21,002 bases of DNA from a virus: the UHGV virus genome UHGV-0195968; one strand, written 5' to 3'. Of this stretch, positions 7,465 to 15,934 are shown piece after piece. Under the pieces are notes generated by a model that had not been told where the DNA came from, ran no database searches, and saw only the letters and a list, made by a program, of their open reading frames with translations. Numbering within the stretch: the first letter of the stretch is position 1; every line of letters starts with the position of its first letter. The position numbers and the translations under genes are program-made.

Positions 7465-8622
7465 ATGTCTGAACTCGCTCTCATTCAAAAAGCTATCGAA
7501 GAATCCCAGCAGAAAATGACCCAGCTTTTCGATGCGCAGAAAGCAGAAATCGAAAGCACGGGCCAGGTTTCCAAACAGTTGCAGTCCGATCTGATGAAAG
7601 TACAGGAAGAGCTGACCAAATCCGGCACTCGTCTCTTCGATCTGGAGCAGAAACTGGCATCCGGCGCTGAGAATCCTGGTGAGAAGAAATCCTTCTCTGA
7701 ACGGGCTGCTGAAGAGCTTATTAAGTCATGGGACGGTAAACAGGGCACCTTCGACGCGAAGACGTTTAACAAGTCTCTCGGCAGTGACGCTGATTCTGCT
7801 GGATCACTGATCCAACCTATGCAGATGCCTGGCATCATCATGCCTGGCCTGCGCCGTCTGACCATCCGTGACCTGCTGGCTCAGGGCCGCATTTCCAGCA
7901 ACGCTCTGGAATATGTGCGTGAAGAGGTGTTTACCAATAACGCCGATGTGGTGGCTGAGAAAGCGCTTAAGCCAGAATCGGATATCACCTTCAGCAAGCA
8001 GACCGCGAACGTGAAAACCATCGCGCACTGGGTACAGGCGTCACGTCAGGTTATGGACGATGCACCAATGTTGCAGTCATACGTCAACGGCCGTCTGATG
8101 TATGGTCTGGCACTGAAGGAGGAAAACCAGCTGCTGAATGGCGACGGCACCGGGGATAACCTGGAGGGGCTGAACAAAGTGGCTACCGCCTACGACACCT
8201 CGCTGAACGTTTCCGGTGACACCCGCGCTGACATCATCGCTCATGCTATTTACCAGGTGACCGAGTCTGAGTTTAGCGCTTCCGGTATCGTCCTGAACCC
8301 GCGCGACTGGCACAACATCGCGCTGCTGAAAGACAACGAAGGTCGTTACCTCTTCGGTGGTCCTCAGGCGTTTACCAGCAACATCATGTGGGGCCTGCCA
8401 GTGGTTCCGACTAAGGCGCAGGCCGCCGGTACCTTTACCGTAGGCGGTTTTGATATGGCCTCACAGGTGTGGGATCGCATGGATGCCACCGTGGAAGTCA
8501 GCCGTGAAGACCGCGATAACTTCGTGAAAAACATGCTGACCATCCTGTGCGAAGAACGCCTGGCGCTGGCGCACTATCGCCCGACGGCAATCATCAAGGG
8601 CAGCTTCTCTTCTGGCTCATGA
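7465..8622 (+). CDS. Major capsid protein, HK97 fold with N-terminal delta (scaffolding) domain
   Basis: 385 aa. The N-terminal ~100 aa are coiled-coil-like (LIQKAIEESQQKMTQLFDAQKAEIESTGQ...), followed by the capsid body. Follows the protease with a 2-nt gap. A terminator-like hairpin lies downstream. Confidence 0.9.
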   Translation: MSELALIQKAIEESQQKMTQLFDAQKAEIESTGQVSKQLQSDLMKVQEELTKSGTRLFDLEQKLASGAENPGEKKSFSERAAEELIKSWDGKQGTFDAKTFNKSLGSDADSAGSLIQPMQMPGIIMPGLRRLTIRDLLAQGRISSNALEYVREEVFTNNADVVAEKALKPESDITFSKQTANVKTIAHWVQASRQVMDDAPMLQSYVNGRLMYGLALKEENQLLNGDGTGDNLEGLNKVATAYDTSLNVSGDTRADIIAHAIYQVTESEFSASGIVLNPRDWHNIALLKDNEGRYLFGGPQAFTSNIMWGLPVVPTKAQAAGTFTVGGFDMASQVWDRMDATVEVSREDRDNFVKNMLTILCEERLALAHYRPTAIIKGSFSSGS

Positions 8623-8625
8623 TGG

Positions 8626-8651
8626 AGGGGGCGGGGTGACCCGCCCTTTTA
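8626..8651 (+). terminator. Intrinsic terminator-like hairpin after the major capsid gene
   Basis: GGGGCGGG-GTGA-CCCGCCC stem-loop followed by TTTT, immediately after the capsid stop and before the next ATG at 8656. Confidence 0.45.
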
Positions 8652-8655
8652 ACTT

Positions 8656-8982
8656 ATGGCGATAGATGTTCTGGATGTAATTTCCCTCAGTCTGTTTAAG
8701 CAGCAGATTGAGTTTGAGGAAGACGACAGGGACGAGCTGATCACGCTGTACGCCCAGGCCGCTTTTGACTACTGCATACGCTGGTGCGATGAACCAGCAT
8801 GGAAGGTTGCGGCTGATATTCCTGCCGCCGTTAAGGGCGCCGTTCTGCTTGTCTTTGCAGACATGTTTGAACACCGGACGGCACAAAGCGAAGTGCAGCT
8901 TTATGAGAATGCAGCCGCCGAACGCATGATGTTCATTCATCGCAACTGGCGCGGTAAAGCCGAATCAGAGGAGGGCTCCTGA
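8656..8982 (+). CDS. Head-tail connector protein (HK97 gp6-like)
   Basis: 108 aa, the same length I recall for HK97 gp6. First gene after the capsid gene. Stop overlaps the next start (TGATG). Confidence 0.7.
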   Translation: MAIDVLDVISLSLFKQQIEFEEDDRDELITLYAQAAFDYCIRWCDEPAWKVAADIPAAVKGAVLLVFADMFEHRTAQSEVQLYENAAAERMMFIHRNWRGKAESEEGS

Positions 8983-9320
8983 TGGAACCGGGACGATTCA
9001 GGCACCGGGTAAAAATTCTCACCTTCACAACCTCGCGTGATCCATCTGGCCAGCCGGTTGAATCGTGGAAAGGTGGCAGCTCGATTTCTGCCGAGGTGAA
9101 GGGGATCAGCGGCAGAGAGCAGCTGTCAGGCGGCGCGGAGACGGCGCAGGCAACTATTCGCGTCTGGATGCGCTTCAGGGCTGACCTGAACGCCTCTTCT
9201 CGTCTGGAAGTGCTAAGCGGGCCGTATAAAGGCCAGGTGCTAAATATCATCGGTCCTCCGGTAGCAAATTCGACCGGCACTCGTCTGGAAATCCTTTGCA
9301 AAACGGGAGCTGAAAAATGA
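8982..9320 (+). CDS. Head closure / head-tail joining protein
   Basis: 112 aa. N-terminal FRHRVKILTF matches the pattern I associate with the head-tail joining family. GAGGAGG RBS upstream. Translationally coupled to both neighbours. Confidence 0.65.
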   Translation: MEPGRFRHRVKILTFTTSRDPSGQPVESWKGGSSISAEVKGISGREQLSGGAETAQATIRVWMRFRADLNASSRLEVLSGPYKGQVLNIIGPPVANSTGTRLEILCKTGAEK

Positions 9321-9766
9321 TAGACACGAGCCTCGATTTTTCCGGGTTAAATGACATCGCAAAGGATCTGGAGTCCCTTAGCCGCGCTGAAAACAATAAG
9401 GTTCTTCGTGATGCCACGCGCGCCGGCGCGGAAGTGCTTAAGGAAGAAGTGATCGCACGTGCACCGGTACGCACCGGAAAACTGAAAAAAAACGTGGTGG
9501 TGGTGACCCAAAAAAGCCGCCGCCGCGGGGAGGTTTCTTCCGGCGTCCATATTCGTGGCGTTAATCCGCGCACCGGTAACAGCGATAACACGATGAAGGC
9601 GAATAACCCGAGAAACGCCTTTTACTGGCGATTCGTTGAAATGGGAACTGCCAACATGCCGCCGCACCCGTTCATTCGTCCCGCGTTCGATGTACGCCAG
9701 GAGCAGGCGACGGAGGTCGCAATCAGGCGCATGAACCAGGCCATTGACGAGGCATTAAGCAAATGA
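9317..9766 (+). CDS. Neck / tail completion protein (HK97 gp10-like)
   Basis: 149 aa. ATGA overlap with the upstream gene. Position is between the head closure gene and the tail terminator-like gene. Confidence 0.6.
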   Translation: MIDTSLDFSGLNDIAKDLESLSRAENNKVLRDATRAGAEVLKEEVIARAPVRTGKLKKNVVVVTQKSRRRGEVSSGVHIRGVNPRTGNSDNTMKANNPRNAFYWRFVEMGTANMPPHPFIRPAFDVRQEQATEVAIRRMNQAIDEALSK

Positions 9767-10110
9767 CGGAAGACGATCTCTATCCTCTGCTGGCGCCGCT
9801 GGCCGGAGGGCAGGTTTATCCCTACGTTGCGCCTCTCGGCAGTGACGGAAAGCCTTCAGTCTCTCCGCCCTGGATTATTTTTTCCATCGTCGATGATGTT
9901 TCCGCTGACGTGCTGTGCGGCCAGGCAGAGAGCAGGGTTTCCATTCAGGTAGATGTGTATTCCACTACGATCACTGAATCACGCACCCTGAGAGATTTGG
10001 CGCTCGCTTCGCTGAAGCCCTTAAACCCTACAGAGGTGGTAAAAATCCCCGGTTACGAGCCAGATTATCGGCTCTACCGTGCCACCCTGGATTTTAAAGT
10101 TACCCCCTGA
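9763..10110 (+). CDS. Tail terminator-like protein (gpU position)
   Basis: 115 aa. ATGA overlap with the upstream gene. Immediately precedes the major tail protein gene. Confidence 0.55.
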   Translation: MTEDDLYPLLAPLAGGQVYPYVAPLGSDGKPSVSPPWIIFSIVDDVSADVLCGQAESRVSIQVDVYSTTITESRTLRDLALASLKPLNPTEVVKIPGYEPDYRLYRATLDFKVTP

Positions 10111-10128
10111 CAATTAATTCACCCAACG

Positions 10129-10156
10129 AACCCGCCTGATGGCGGGTTTTCTTTTT
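10129..10156 (+). terminator. Intrinsic terminator-like hairpin upstream of the major tail gene
   Basis: AACCCGCC-TGAT-GGCGGGTT stem-loop followed by TTCTTTTT. Confidence 0.5.
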
Positions 10157-10169
10157 CCAGGAGACAGCT

Positions 10170-10613
10170 ATGTCTGCACTTTATGAAAAATCGCAGCTGA
10201 CGAAGATCCTTATTTCCTCCCTGCCAGCCACCAAAGAAACGATGGATTCCGCAACCTTCCTCGATCTGAGTTGCACCATCAAAGAAATTCAGTTCACCGG
10301 TGGTCAGAAGCAGGATATCGACGTAACAACACTTTGCTCTACCGAGCAGGAGAACATCAACGGCCTGCCTTCTCCGTCAGAAATCTCTCTGTCCGGCAAC
10401 TTCTACAAGAATCCGGCGCAGGACGCCTTGCGTGAGGCCTATGACAACGATACGACCTACGCTTTCCAGGTTATCTTCCCGTCCGGCAAGGGCTTTAAGT
10501 TCCTGGCTGAAATCCGCCAGCACACCTGGTCTTCAGGTACCAACGGCGTAGTGGCGGCAACGTTCTCCCTGCGCCTGAAAGGTAAGCCTGAAAACATCGA
10601 GTCTGGCTCCTGA
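10170..10613 (+). CDS. Major tail tube protein
   Basis: 147 aa. RBS AGGAG 7 nt upstream. Position directly upstream of the G / G-T chaperone pair. Confidence 0.65.
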   Translation: MSALYEKSQLTKILISSLPATKETMDSATFLDLSCTIKEIQFTGGQKQDIDVTTLCSTEQENINGLPSPSEISLSGNFYKNPAQDALREAYDNDTTYAFQVIFPSGKGFKFLAEIRQHTWSSGTNGVVAATFSLRLKGKPENIESGS

Positions 10614-10621
10614 GAGGTCGC

Positions 10622-11005
10622 ATGAAGAATATTAAAAATCTCGCCCTGGCTAAGATGTCGGGATTTCGTCATAAGATGGTCGCCGTTCCTGAGTGGGAAG
10701 GCGTCAAAGTGGTTCTCCGTGAGCCGTCTGGAGAAGCCTGGCTGCGCTGGCAGGAGGTGGTGAAAGCGGGTGCTGATGATGAAAATGTGTCGGTATCGGA
10801 AAAGGCACACCGTAATCTTTGCGCTGACGTGGTGCTCTTCATTGACGTCCTGTGCGACACCGATAAGCAACCGGTATTCAGCGTAGACGAAGAAGAGCAG
10901 GTGCGTGAAATCTACGGCCCCGTCCATTCACGCCTGCTCAAACAGGCGCTTGACCTGATCAACAACGCGGACGAAGCGCGGGAAAAGTCTCAACCCCCGG
11001 CGTAA
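10622..11005 (+). CDS. Tail assembly chaperone (lambda gpG analogue)
   Basis: 127 aa. Lies between the major tail gene and the tape measure gene, and is followed by an ORF in the -1 frame that is open from 10954. Confidence 0.65.
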   Translation: MKNIKNLALAKMSGFRHKMVAVPEWEGVKVVLREPSGEAWLRWQEVVKAGADDENVSVSEKAHRNLCADVVLFIDVLCDTDKQPVFSVDEEEQVREIYGPVHSRLLKQALDLINNADEAREKSQPPA

Positions 11006-11292
11006 AGTTTCTGATGTCGCTTGCGCTCCGGATGGGGCGCACGCTCTCAGAGCTTCGGCAGAATATGACGGCAAGCGAGCTTCTGATGTGGATTGAGTAC
11101 GACAGGCAAAGTCCGGTTGGCGATATTCGCGGTGACATTCAGGCCGCCCAGATCGTCTCTGCCATCTACGGTTCGCAGGGGGCAAAAGTACCGCTGGACG
11201 ATGCGATCCTGCGCTGGGGTGGTGAGGAGCAATCAGAACCGAATGACCCGTTTGCAGGGCTTGAAGCGGCGCTAACAGCTGCGACACAATAA
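10622..11292 (+). CDS. Tail assembly chaperone G-T fusion made by programmed -1 frameshift (lambda gpGT analogue)
   Basis: The -1 frame is open from 10954 through 11292, overlapping the last 17 codons of the G frame. The motif GGGAAAAG at 10980-10987 (G-frame codons GAA AAG) resembles the lambda G-T slip site GGGAAAG. The expected fusion is about 220 aa. Confidence 0.5.
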
Positions 11293-11296
11293 TTGC

Positions 11297-11325
11297 TTCA
11301 CATGTCATCAATGTGGCGATACGCT
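11297..11325 (+). promoter_or_regulatory. Weak candidate sigma70-like promoter for the moron
   Basis: TTCACA (11297-11302), 17-bp spacer, TACGCT (11320-11325). Lies just after the T stop and upstream of the moron RBS. Poor match to consensus. Confidence 0.2.
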
Positions 11326-11349
11326 CTTTCCTTAAGAAAAGGAGGCGTT

Positions 11350-11538
11350 ATGGAACCACTGGTAGTAGTGTTTGGAATATTCGGCTGGTTGATAAATCTA
11401 ATTGTGATTTTTTATGTAATACGGTTTAGCACAAGGGCAAATGAACAAGTTGAAGCCCTTAAAGAGATAAATAAAAAACAAGATGCGCAAATAGATTTAT
11501 TAATACAAGTCGCTCACAAAAGAAAAGACAGTTTATAA
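11350..11538 (+). CDS. Moron: 62-aa single-pass membrane protein, candidate superinfection-exclusion protein (HK97 gp15-like position)
   Basis: Strong RBS AAGGAGG 4 nt before the ATG. Markedly AT-rich compared with neighbouring genes. Hydrophobic helix PLVVVFGIFGWLINLIVIFYVIRF followed by a charged tail (NEQVEALKEINKKQDAQIDLLIQVAHKRKDSL). Followed by its own terminator. The ORF track's 11293 start adds 19 residues with no RBS. Confidence 0.55.
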   Translation: MEPLVVVFGIFGWLINLIVIFYVIRFSTRANEQVEALKEINKKQDAQIDLLIQVAHKRKDSL

Positions 11539-11544
11539 CTCACG

Positions 11545-11569
11545 ACCCGCTATCAAGCGGGTTTTTTTT
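11545..11569 (+). terminator. Intrinsic terminator after the moron
   Basis: ACCCGC-TATCAA-GCGGGT stem-loop followed by TTTTTTT. The T-run abuts the tape measure start codon. Confidence 0.55.
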
Positions 11570-14500
11570 ATGGGTGAAAATATGGCTACGTTGCGCGAAC
11601 TGATCATCAAAATATCTGCAAACTCTCAGTCATTTCAGTCTGAAATTTCTCGTGCTTCAAGAATGGGGAATGACTATTACCGGGTAATGCAGACTGGAGG
11701 ACGCCAAGCGGCCGCAGCTTCGCGTGAAACTCAGCGTGCCTTAGCTGAGGTAACTAGTCAAATAAACACCGCGAAGGCCTCAGCGCTGGGAATGGCAGGT
11801 GCATTTGCTGGAGCATTTGCGACTGGTCATCTTATATCGCTGGCCGATGAATGGAGCTCTGTTAATGCCAGGCTAAAGCAGGCTTCCCAATCGTCTGATG
11901 ATTTCACGGAGTCTCAGCGGGCGCTGATGGATATTAGCCAACGAACCGGAACCGCCTTCTCTGATAATGCGAGTCTTTTTGCGCGTTCCGCCGCATCAAT
12001 GCGTGAATACGGATACAGTTCGCAGCAAGTTCTGGATGTAACCGAGGCCATTTCTACTGGACTAAAGCTATCCGGCGCCAGCACGGCAGAGGCAAGTTCT
12101 GTTATCACCCAGTTTAGTCAGGCATTAGCTCAGGGCGTTCTGCGGGGCGAGGAATTCAACTCTGTTAACGAAAACGGTGATCGAGTTATCCGTGCGCTGG
12201 CCGCTGGGATGGGTGTAGCTCGTAAAGATCTGAAGGCAATGGCCGATCAGGGGATGCTAACCGCAGATAAAGTTGTCCCGGCCCTGATAAGTCAACTTGG
12301 CACTATGCGTGGTGAATTTGAGGCAATGCCGCAGACCGTTTCTGCTGCCACGACGAAAGTCGAAAATGCTTTCATGGCATGGGTAGGTGGAGCTAATGAA
12401 GCTACTGGTGCGACAAGTGCTCTTGTTGCTGTATTGAATACAGTTTCTGACAATATCGACACTGTGGCTACGGCTGCCGGAGCTTTGGCTGCAATAGGTG
12501 GAGCTCGCTATCTTGGAGGGATGTTTGGCGATCTTGGGAACCAAACGGCGCAATTAATAGATGCCAGAAAGAACGAAATTGCGCTCGCATCTGCAAGGGC
12601 TGAATCTGCTACCCAATCACAACGAAAGGCGGCAGCAGATGCGATTGCTGCCGAGCGTGCTTATCAGCTCTCGCTATCCGAGTTGGAACTTGCAAAAAAC
12701 ACAAATGCAGAAGCGACAGCTACACAAAATTCTATTGCCAAACGGCGCGAAATGATAGCCGCCAATGCCACTCTCGTTCAGTCAAATAAAGCAGTATCAG
12801 CGTCGCAAGAAGCACTCAACCGATCAACATCGGTAATGAATTTATTCAAGTCTGGCGCTACGGGGCTTTTGTCGTTAGTTGGTGGTTTGCCAGGAATTTT
12901 AATGTTGGGTGCTGGGGCGTGGTACATGATGTATCAACGCCAAGAACAAGCCAGGGAATCTGCAATCCAATATGCGGACACAATCGAGCAGGTACGAGAT
13001 AATCTGAAATCAATGTCTCAGACGCAGATATCCGCCAACCTTGGACAGGCGAATATTTCACTGGATGCTCAAAATAGTGCGATTGAACAGCAGAAGCAGA
13101 AAGTTGCTGAATTATCCAATCAACTTTATAACGCAAAATTAGCAGCCAATTCTGCTTCAGAGGGAACATGGCTGTATAACGATGCGGTTGAGAAAGCAGC
13201 AGAGTTTGCTTCAGAACTTGCGGTTGAAGAAGGCCGACTTGAGCAAATGCTCAATAAAAGAAAGCAAACACAACAGTTAATAAACGACATAACTGATCAG
13301 GCTATAAATAAAACAGTAGAAATGGCTGGCGCCGTAAGTTCTCTTACAGAGATGTATGACCGTCTGAACAAGGTTTCCAGACAGTCTACAGCAGTGTCCC
13401 CACCAAAATATGCAGGGCCTGTACTTCCTGCACTTGATAATAAGCAGCAGCAAGCTATAGACAAGGCGCAGCGACAGCTTGAGTTGTCCGGTCTTAAGGG
13501 ATTGGACAAAACCCGCAAGCAGGCGGAATTCGATGCATCTGACCTTAATCTCCCTGCTGGTTGGCGTGAGAAGTATGTCAGCATGGAAGTTGAGTCAGCC
13601 AGGCAGTTGCAAGCTATTCGTGACTCAAGCCGCCATAAGGGCGGGAAATCCGAGGCGGAAAAAACAGCTGATGCCTATGACAAGCTGATCAAACAGCAAA
13701 AAGAGCAGATTGCCCTGCAAGGCCAGAATACTGAACTGGCGAAGGTTAAATACCAGGTCAGCCAGGGCGAACTTGCTTCTCTGACAGAAGCCCAGAAAAA
13801 GACGGTATTGCAGAATGCTACGCTGATTGACCAGGTTAAATTACGTGAGCAACTGCGAAATTACGAAGCCAACCTTGCCGACAGTAACGCCAGCGCCCGC
13901 GCAGCCAATGAAGCGCAACTGCTGGGATACGGGCAGGGAACCAGGTTCCGTGAAAGACTTCAGGAGCAGTTCAATCTGCGTAAGGAGTTTGAGCAGAAGA
14001 ATACCGATCTTCTCCGCCAGCGTCAGGCTGGTGAAATCGACGAGACGTTCTATCAGCAGGGGCTGGCACTTAATAAGCGCTACCTCGAAGAGCGCCTGCT
14101 CGACCAGGAGGGATATTACGCAGCTTCTGATGCGCAGCGTGACGACTGGATGACGGGACTGTCTGAGGGTTATGCGAACTGGGTGGACGAAGCTACTGAT
14201 TATTCTTCCATGGCCGCTGACGGCATGAAGCAGGCCATGGGTGGCGCGGTCACCACGATCACCGACATGCTCAATGGCAACGTTGACAGCTGGAAGGACT
14301 GGGGCGTCAGCGTACTGAAGATTATCCAGAACGTCCTGGTGAATATGGCTGTTGCTAATGGCGTCAGCTCAATTGGATCACTGTTCAGTTTTGGCGCCTC
14401 GTCAGCCGCAACCGCCAGCAGCGGTACCGCTATTCAGAATGCCGGCGCGAACTTTACCTTTAATGCGAAGGGTAATGTTTACGACTCTCCGTCCCTGAGC

Positions 14501-14836
14501 GCTTACAGCAATGGCGTTTTTCAGACGCCTCAGCTGTTTGCTTTTGCCAAAGGCGCAGGCGTTTTTGCCGAGGCTGGTCCGGAAGCCATTATGCCGCTTA
14601 CGCGCGCCGCTGATGGTTCGCTGGGCGTTCGGGCAGTTGGTACTCCGCAGGTCTCCGGCGGTGTGCCTTCAGTTAACTTCGGCGATATCAATATTCAGGG
14701 TGGATCACCACAGGCAGCAAGTCAGGGAACCGCCGGCGCCGCTGGCAGACAACTGAAAGATGCCATCACTGGCGTCATTAACGAACAGGCCAGCATGCCG
14801 GGCTCGCCTCTGTGGCGATTAATCAAGGGAGTTTAA
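11570..14836 (+). CDS. Tail tape measure protein (lambda gpH-like)
   Basis: 1088 aa, largely alpha-helical/coiled-coil in composition, with an internal hydrophobic segment (LLSLVGGLPGILMLGAGAWYMMY). Position between G-T and M. The start may be the in-frame ATG at 11582. Confidence 0.9.
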   Translation: MGENMATLRELIIKISANSQSFQSEISRASRMGNDYYRVMQTGGRQAAAASRETQRALAEVTSQINTAKASALGMAGAFAGAFATGHLISLADEWSSVNARLKQASQSSDDFTESQRALMDISQRTGTAFSDNASLFARSAASMREYGYSSQQVLDVTEAISTGLKLSGASTAEASSVITQFSQALAQGVLRGEEFNSVNENGDRVIRALAAGMGVARKDLKAMADQGMLTADKVVPALISQLGTMRGEFEAMPQTVSAATTKVENAFMAWVGGANEATGATSALVAVLNTVSDNIDTVATAAGALAAIGGARYLGGMFGDLGNQTAQLIDARKNEIALASARAESATQSQRKAAADAIAAERAYQLSLSELELAKNTNAEATATQNSIAKRREMIAANATLVQSNKAVSASQEALNRSTSVMNLFKSGATGLLSLVGGLPGILMLGAGAWYMMYQRQEQARESAIQYADTIEQVRDNLKSMSQTQISANLGQANISLDAQNSAIEQQKQKVAELSNQLYNAKLAANSASEGTWLYNDAVEKAAEFASELAVEEGRLEQMLNKRKQTQQLINDITDQAINKTVEMAGAVSSLTEMYDRLNKVSRQSTAVSPPKYAGPVLPALDNKQQQAIDKAQRQLELSGLKGLDKTRKQAEFDASDLNLPAGWREKYVSMEVESARQLQAIRDSSRHKGGKSEAEKTADAYDKLIKQQKEQIALQGQNTELAKVKYQVSQGELASLTEAQKKTVLQNATLIDQVKLREQLRNYEANLADSNASARAANEAQLLGYGQGTRFRERLQEQFNLRKEFEQKNTDLLRQRQAGEIDETFYQQGLALNKRYLEERLLDQEGYYAASDAQRDDWMTGLSEGYANWVDEATDYSSMAADGMKQAMGGAVTTITDMLNGNVDSWKDWGVSVLKIIQNVLVNMAVANGVSSIGSLFSFGASSAATASSGTAIQNAGANFTFNAKGNVYDSPSLSAYSNGVFQTPQLFAFAKGAGVFAEAGPEAIMPLTRAADGSLGVRAVGTPQVSGGVPSVNFGDINIQGGSPQAASQGTAGAAGRQLKDAITGVINEQASMPGSPLWRLIKGV

Positions 14837-14838
14837 CC

Positions 14839-15177
14839 ATGGCAGTCGAAACCTTCAGCTGGTGCCCAAAGGTTGCCTCTCAGGTTGATACAAGTTTTCG
14901 TACCCGAAAGGCGCAGTTTGGCGATGGCTATACACAGGTGGCCGGGGACGGCATCAACCCGGTAACACCTCAGTGGAGCGTGAGCTTTACCGGCGACGAG
15001 GCTTACATTCAGGCCATTAAAAACTTTCTGAACAGAAATGCCGGGTGGAAGTCATTTATCTGGAAGCCGCCGCTTGAGCCTTCAGGTTTATGGCGCGCGG
15101 AATCCTTCCAGATATCTACCCACGGCAACAAAAAATACACCCTCAGCAGCACATTCATACAGGCATACCATCCATGA
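14839..15177 (+). CDS. M: Minor tail protein M (lambda gpM-like)
   Basis: 112 aa from the ATG at 14839, just after the tape measure stop. First gene of the M-L-K-I-J tail tip block. ATGA overlap with the next gene. Confidence 0.8.
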   Translation: MAVETFSWCPKVASQVDTSFRTRKAQFGDGYTQVAGDGINPVTPQWSVSFTGDEAYIQAIKNFLNRNAGWKSFIWKPPLEPSGLWRAESFQISTHGNKKYTLSSTFIQAYHP

Positions 15178-15932
15178 GCATTTCATCTGATGTCCAGAAA
15201 CTGGAGCCGGGTAAGCGCGTCCGCCTGATCGAGGTGGACGGCTCAGCTTTCGGTGCCGGTATTCTTCGCTTTCACAACGAGACAATCCCGCATACCGAGG
15301 CGGAAATCATCGCCGCAGGCGGCGACGAGTCAAAACTTGAGCCGAAGTCGGTGTGGTGGCAGGGGCAGGAGTATGGCGCGTGGCCGTATGAACTGACCGG
15401 CATATCTGTCAGCAGTGACGGGCAGAGTTCACGGCCGTCTCTCACCGTGGCAAACATCAGCGGCACGATTGGCGCACTGTGCCGAAGATTTCAGGGGATG
15501 GCTAAAGCAAAGGTGATCATCCATGACACTTTCGCCCACTATCTGGACGCAAGAAATTTTCCTGACGGGAATCCGACTGCAAATCCCAACGAGGAGCGCA
15601 AACAGGTTTATTACATCGACCGTAAATCAGGATCAGACGATGAAACCGTAGAGTTTGAGCTTTCCAGTCCAGCCGATTTGCGCGGGCAACTCATTCCGAC
15701 CCGGCAAATTCAGCCAATGTGCACGTGGTGCATGCGGGGCTGGTACAAAACGGGGAACGGCTGCACCTACGCCGGGCAAAACGGCTGGTTCGATAAAGAC
15801 GGCAATCGGGTGGACGATCCTTCACAGGATGTTTGCTCCGGATTGCTGTCAACGGGCTGTAAACCTCGCTTCGGAGAGAATGAACAGCTGGATTATGGCG
15901 GGTTCCCCGGCGCTTCACTTCTGAGAGGATAA
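15174..15932 (+). CDS. L: Minor tail protein L (lambda gpL-like), with C-terminal cysteine cluster
   Basis: 252 aa from the ATG at 15174. C-terminal cysteines CTWCMRGWYKTGNGCTYAG ... CSGLLSTGC, consistent with the Fe-S cluster reported for lambda gpL. Confidence 0.8.
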   Translation: MSISSDVQKLEPGKRVRLIEVDGSAFGAGILRFHNETIPHTEAEIIAAGGDESKLEPKSVWWQGQEYGAWPYELTGISVSSDGQSSRPSLTVANISGTIGALCRRFQGMAKAKVIIHDTFAHYLDARNFPDGNPTANPNEERKQVYYIDRKSGSDDETVEFELSSPADLRGQLIPTRQIQPMCTWCMRGWYKTGNGCTYAGQNGWFDKDGNRVDDPSQDVCSGLLSTGCKPRFGENEQLDYGGFPGASLLRG

Positions 15933-15934
15933 TC

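Noticed and set aside
10457-10927. 156-aa minus-strand ORF
   Set aside because: Antisense across the major tail gene and the G chaperone gene, so treated as spurious.
10991-11000. C-run (CAACCCCCGG) as an alternative frameshift site
   Set aside because: Homopolymeric C runs favour +1 slippage, whereas the downstream ORF is in the -1 frame. The GGGAAAAG motif is the better -1 candidate.
11293-11349. ORF-track start of the moron at 11293 (MLHMSSMWRYALSLRKGGV...)
   Set aside because: The ATG at 11293 sits directly after the T stop with no RBS, whereas the ATG at 11350 has a near-consensus AAGGAGG at ideal spacing. The 19-residue extension is probably not translated.
11570-14836. Possibility that the 1088-aa ORF is a toxin or effector rather than a tape measure protein
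   Set aside because: Position between G-T and M, the size, the helical composition with an internal hydrophobic segment, and the gpH-like C-terminal region fit a tape measure protein. No catalytic motifs were recognised.
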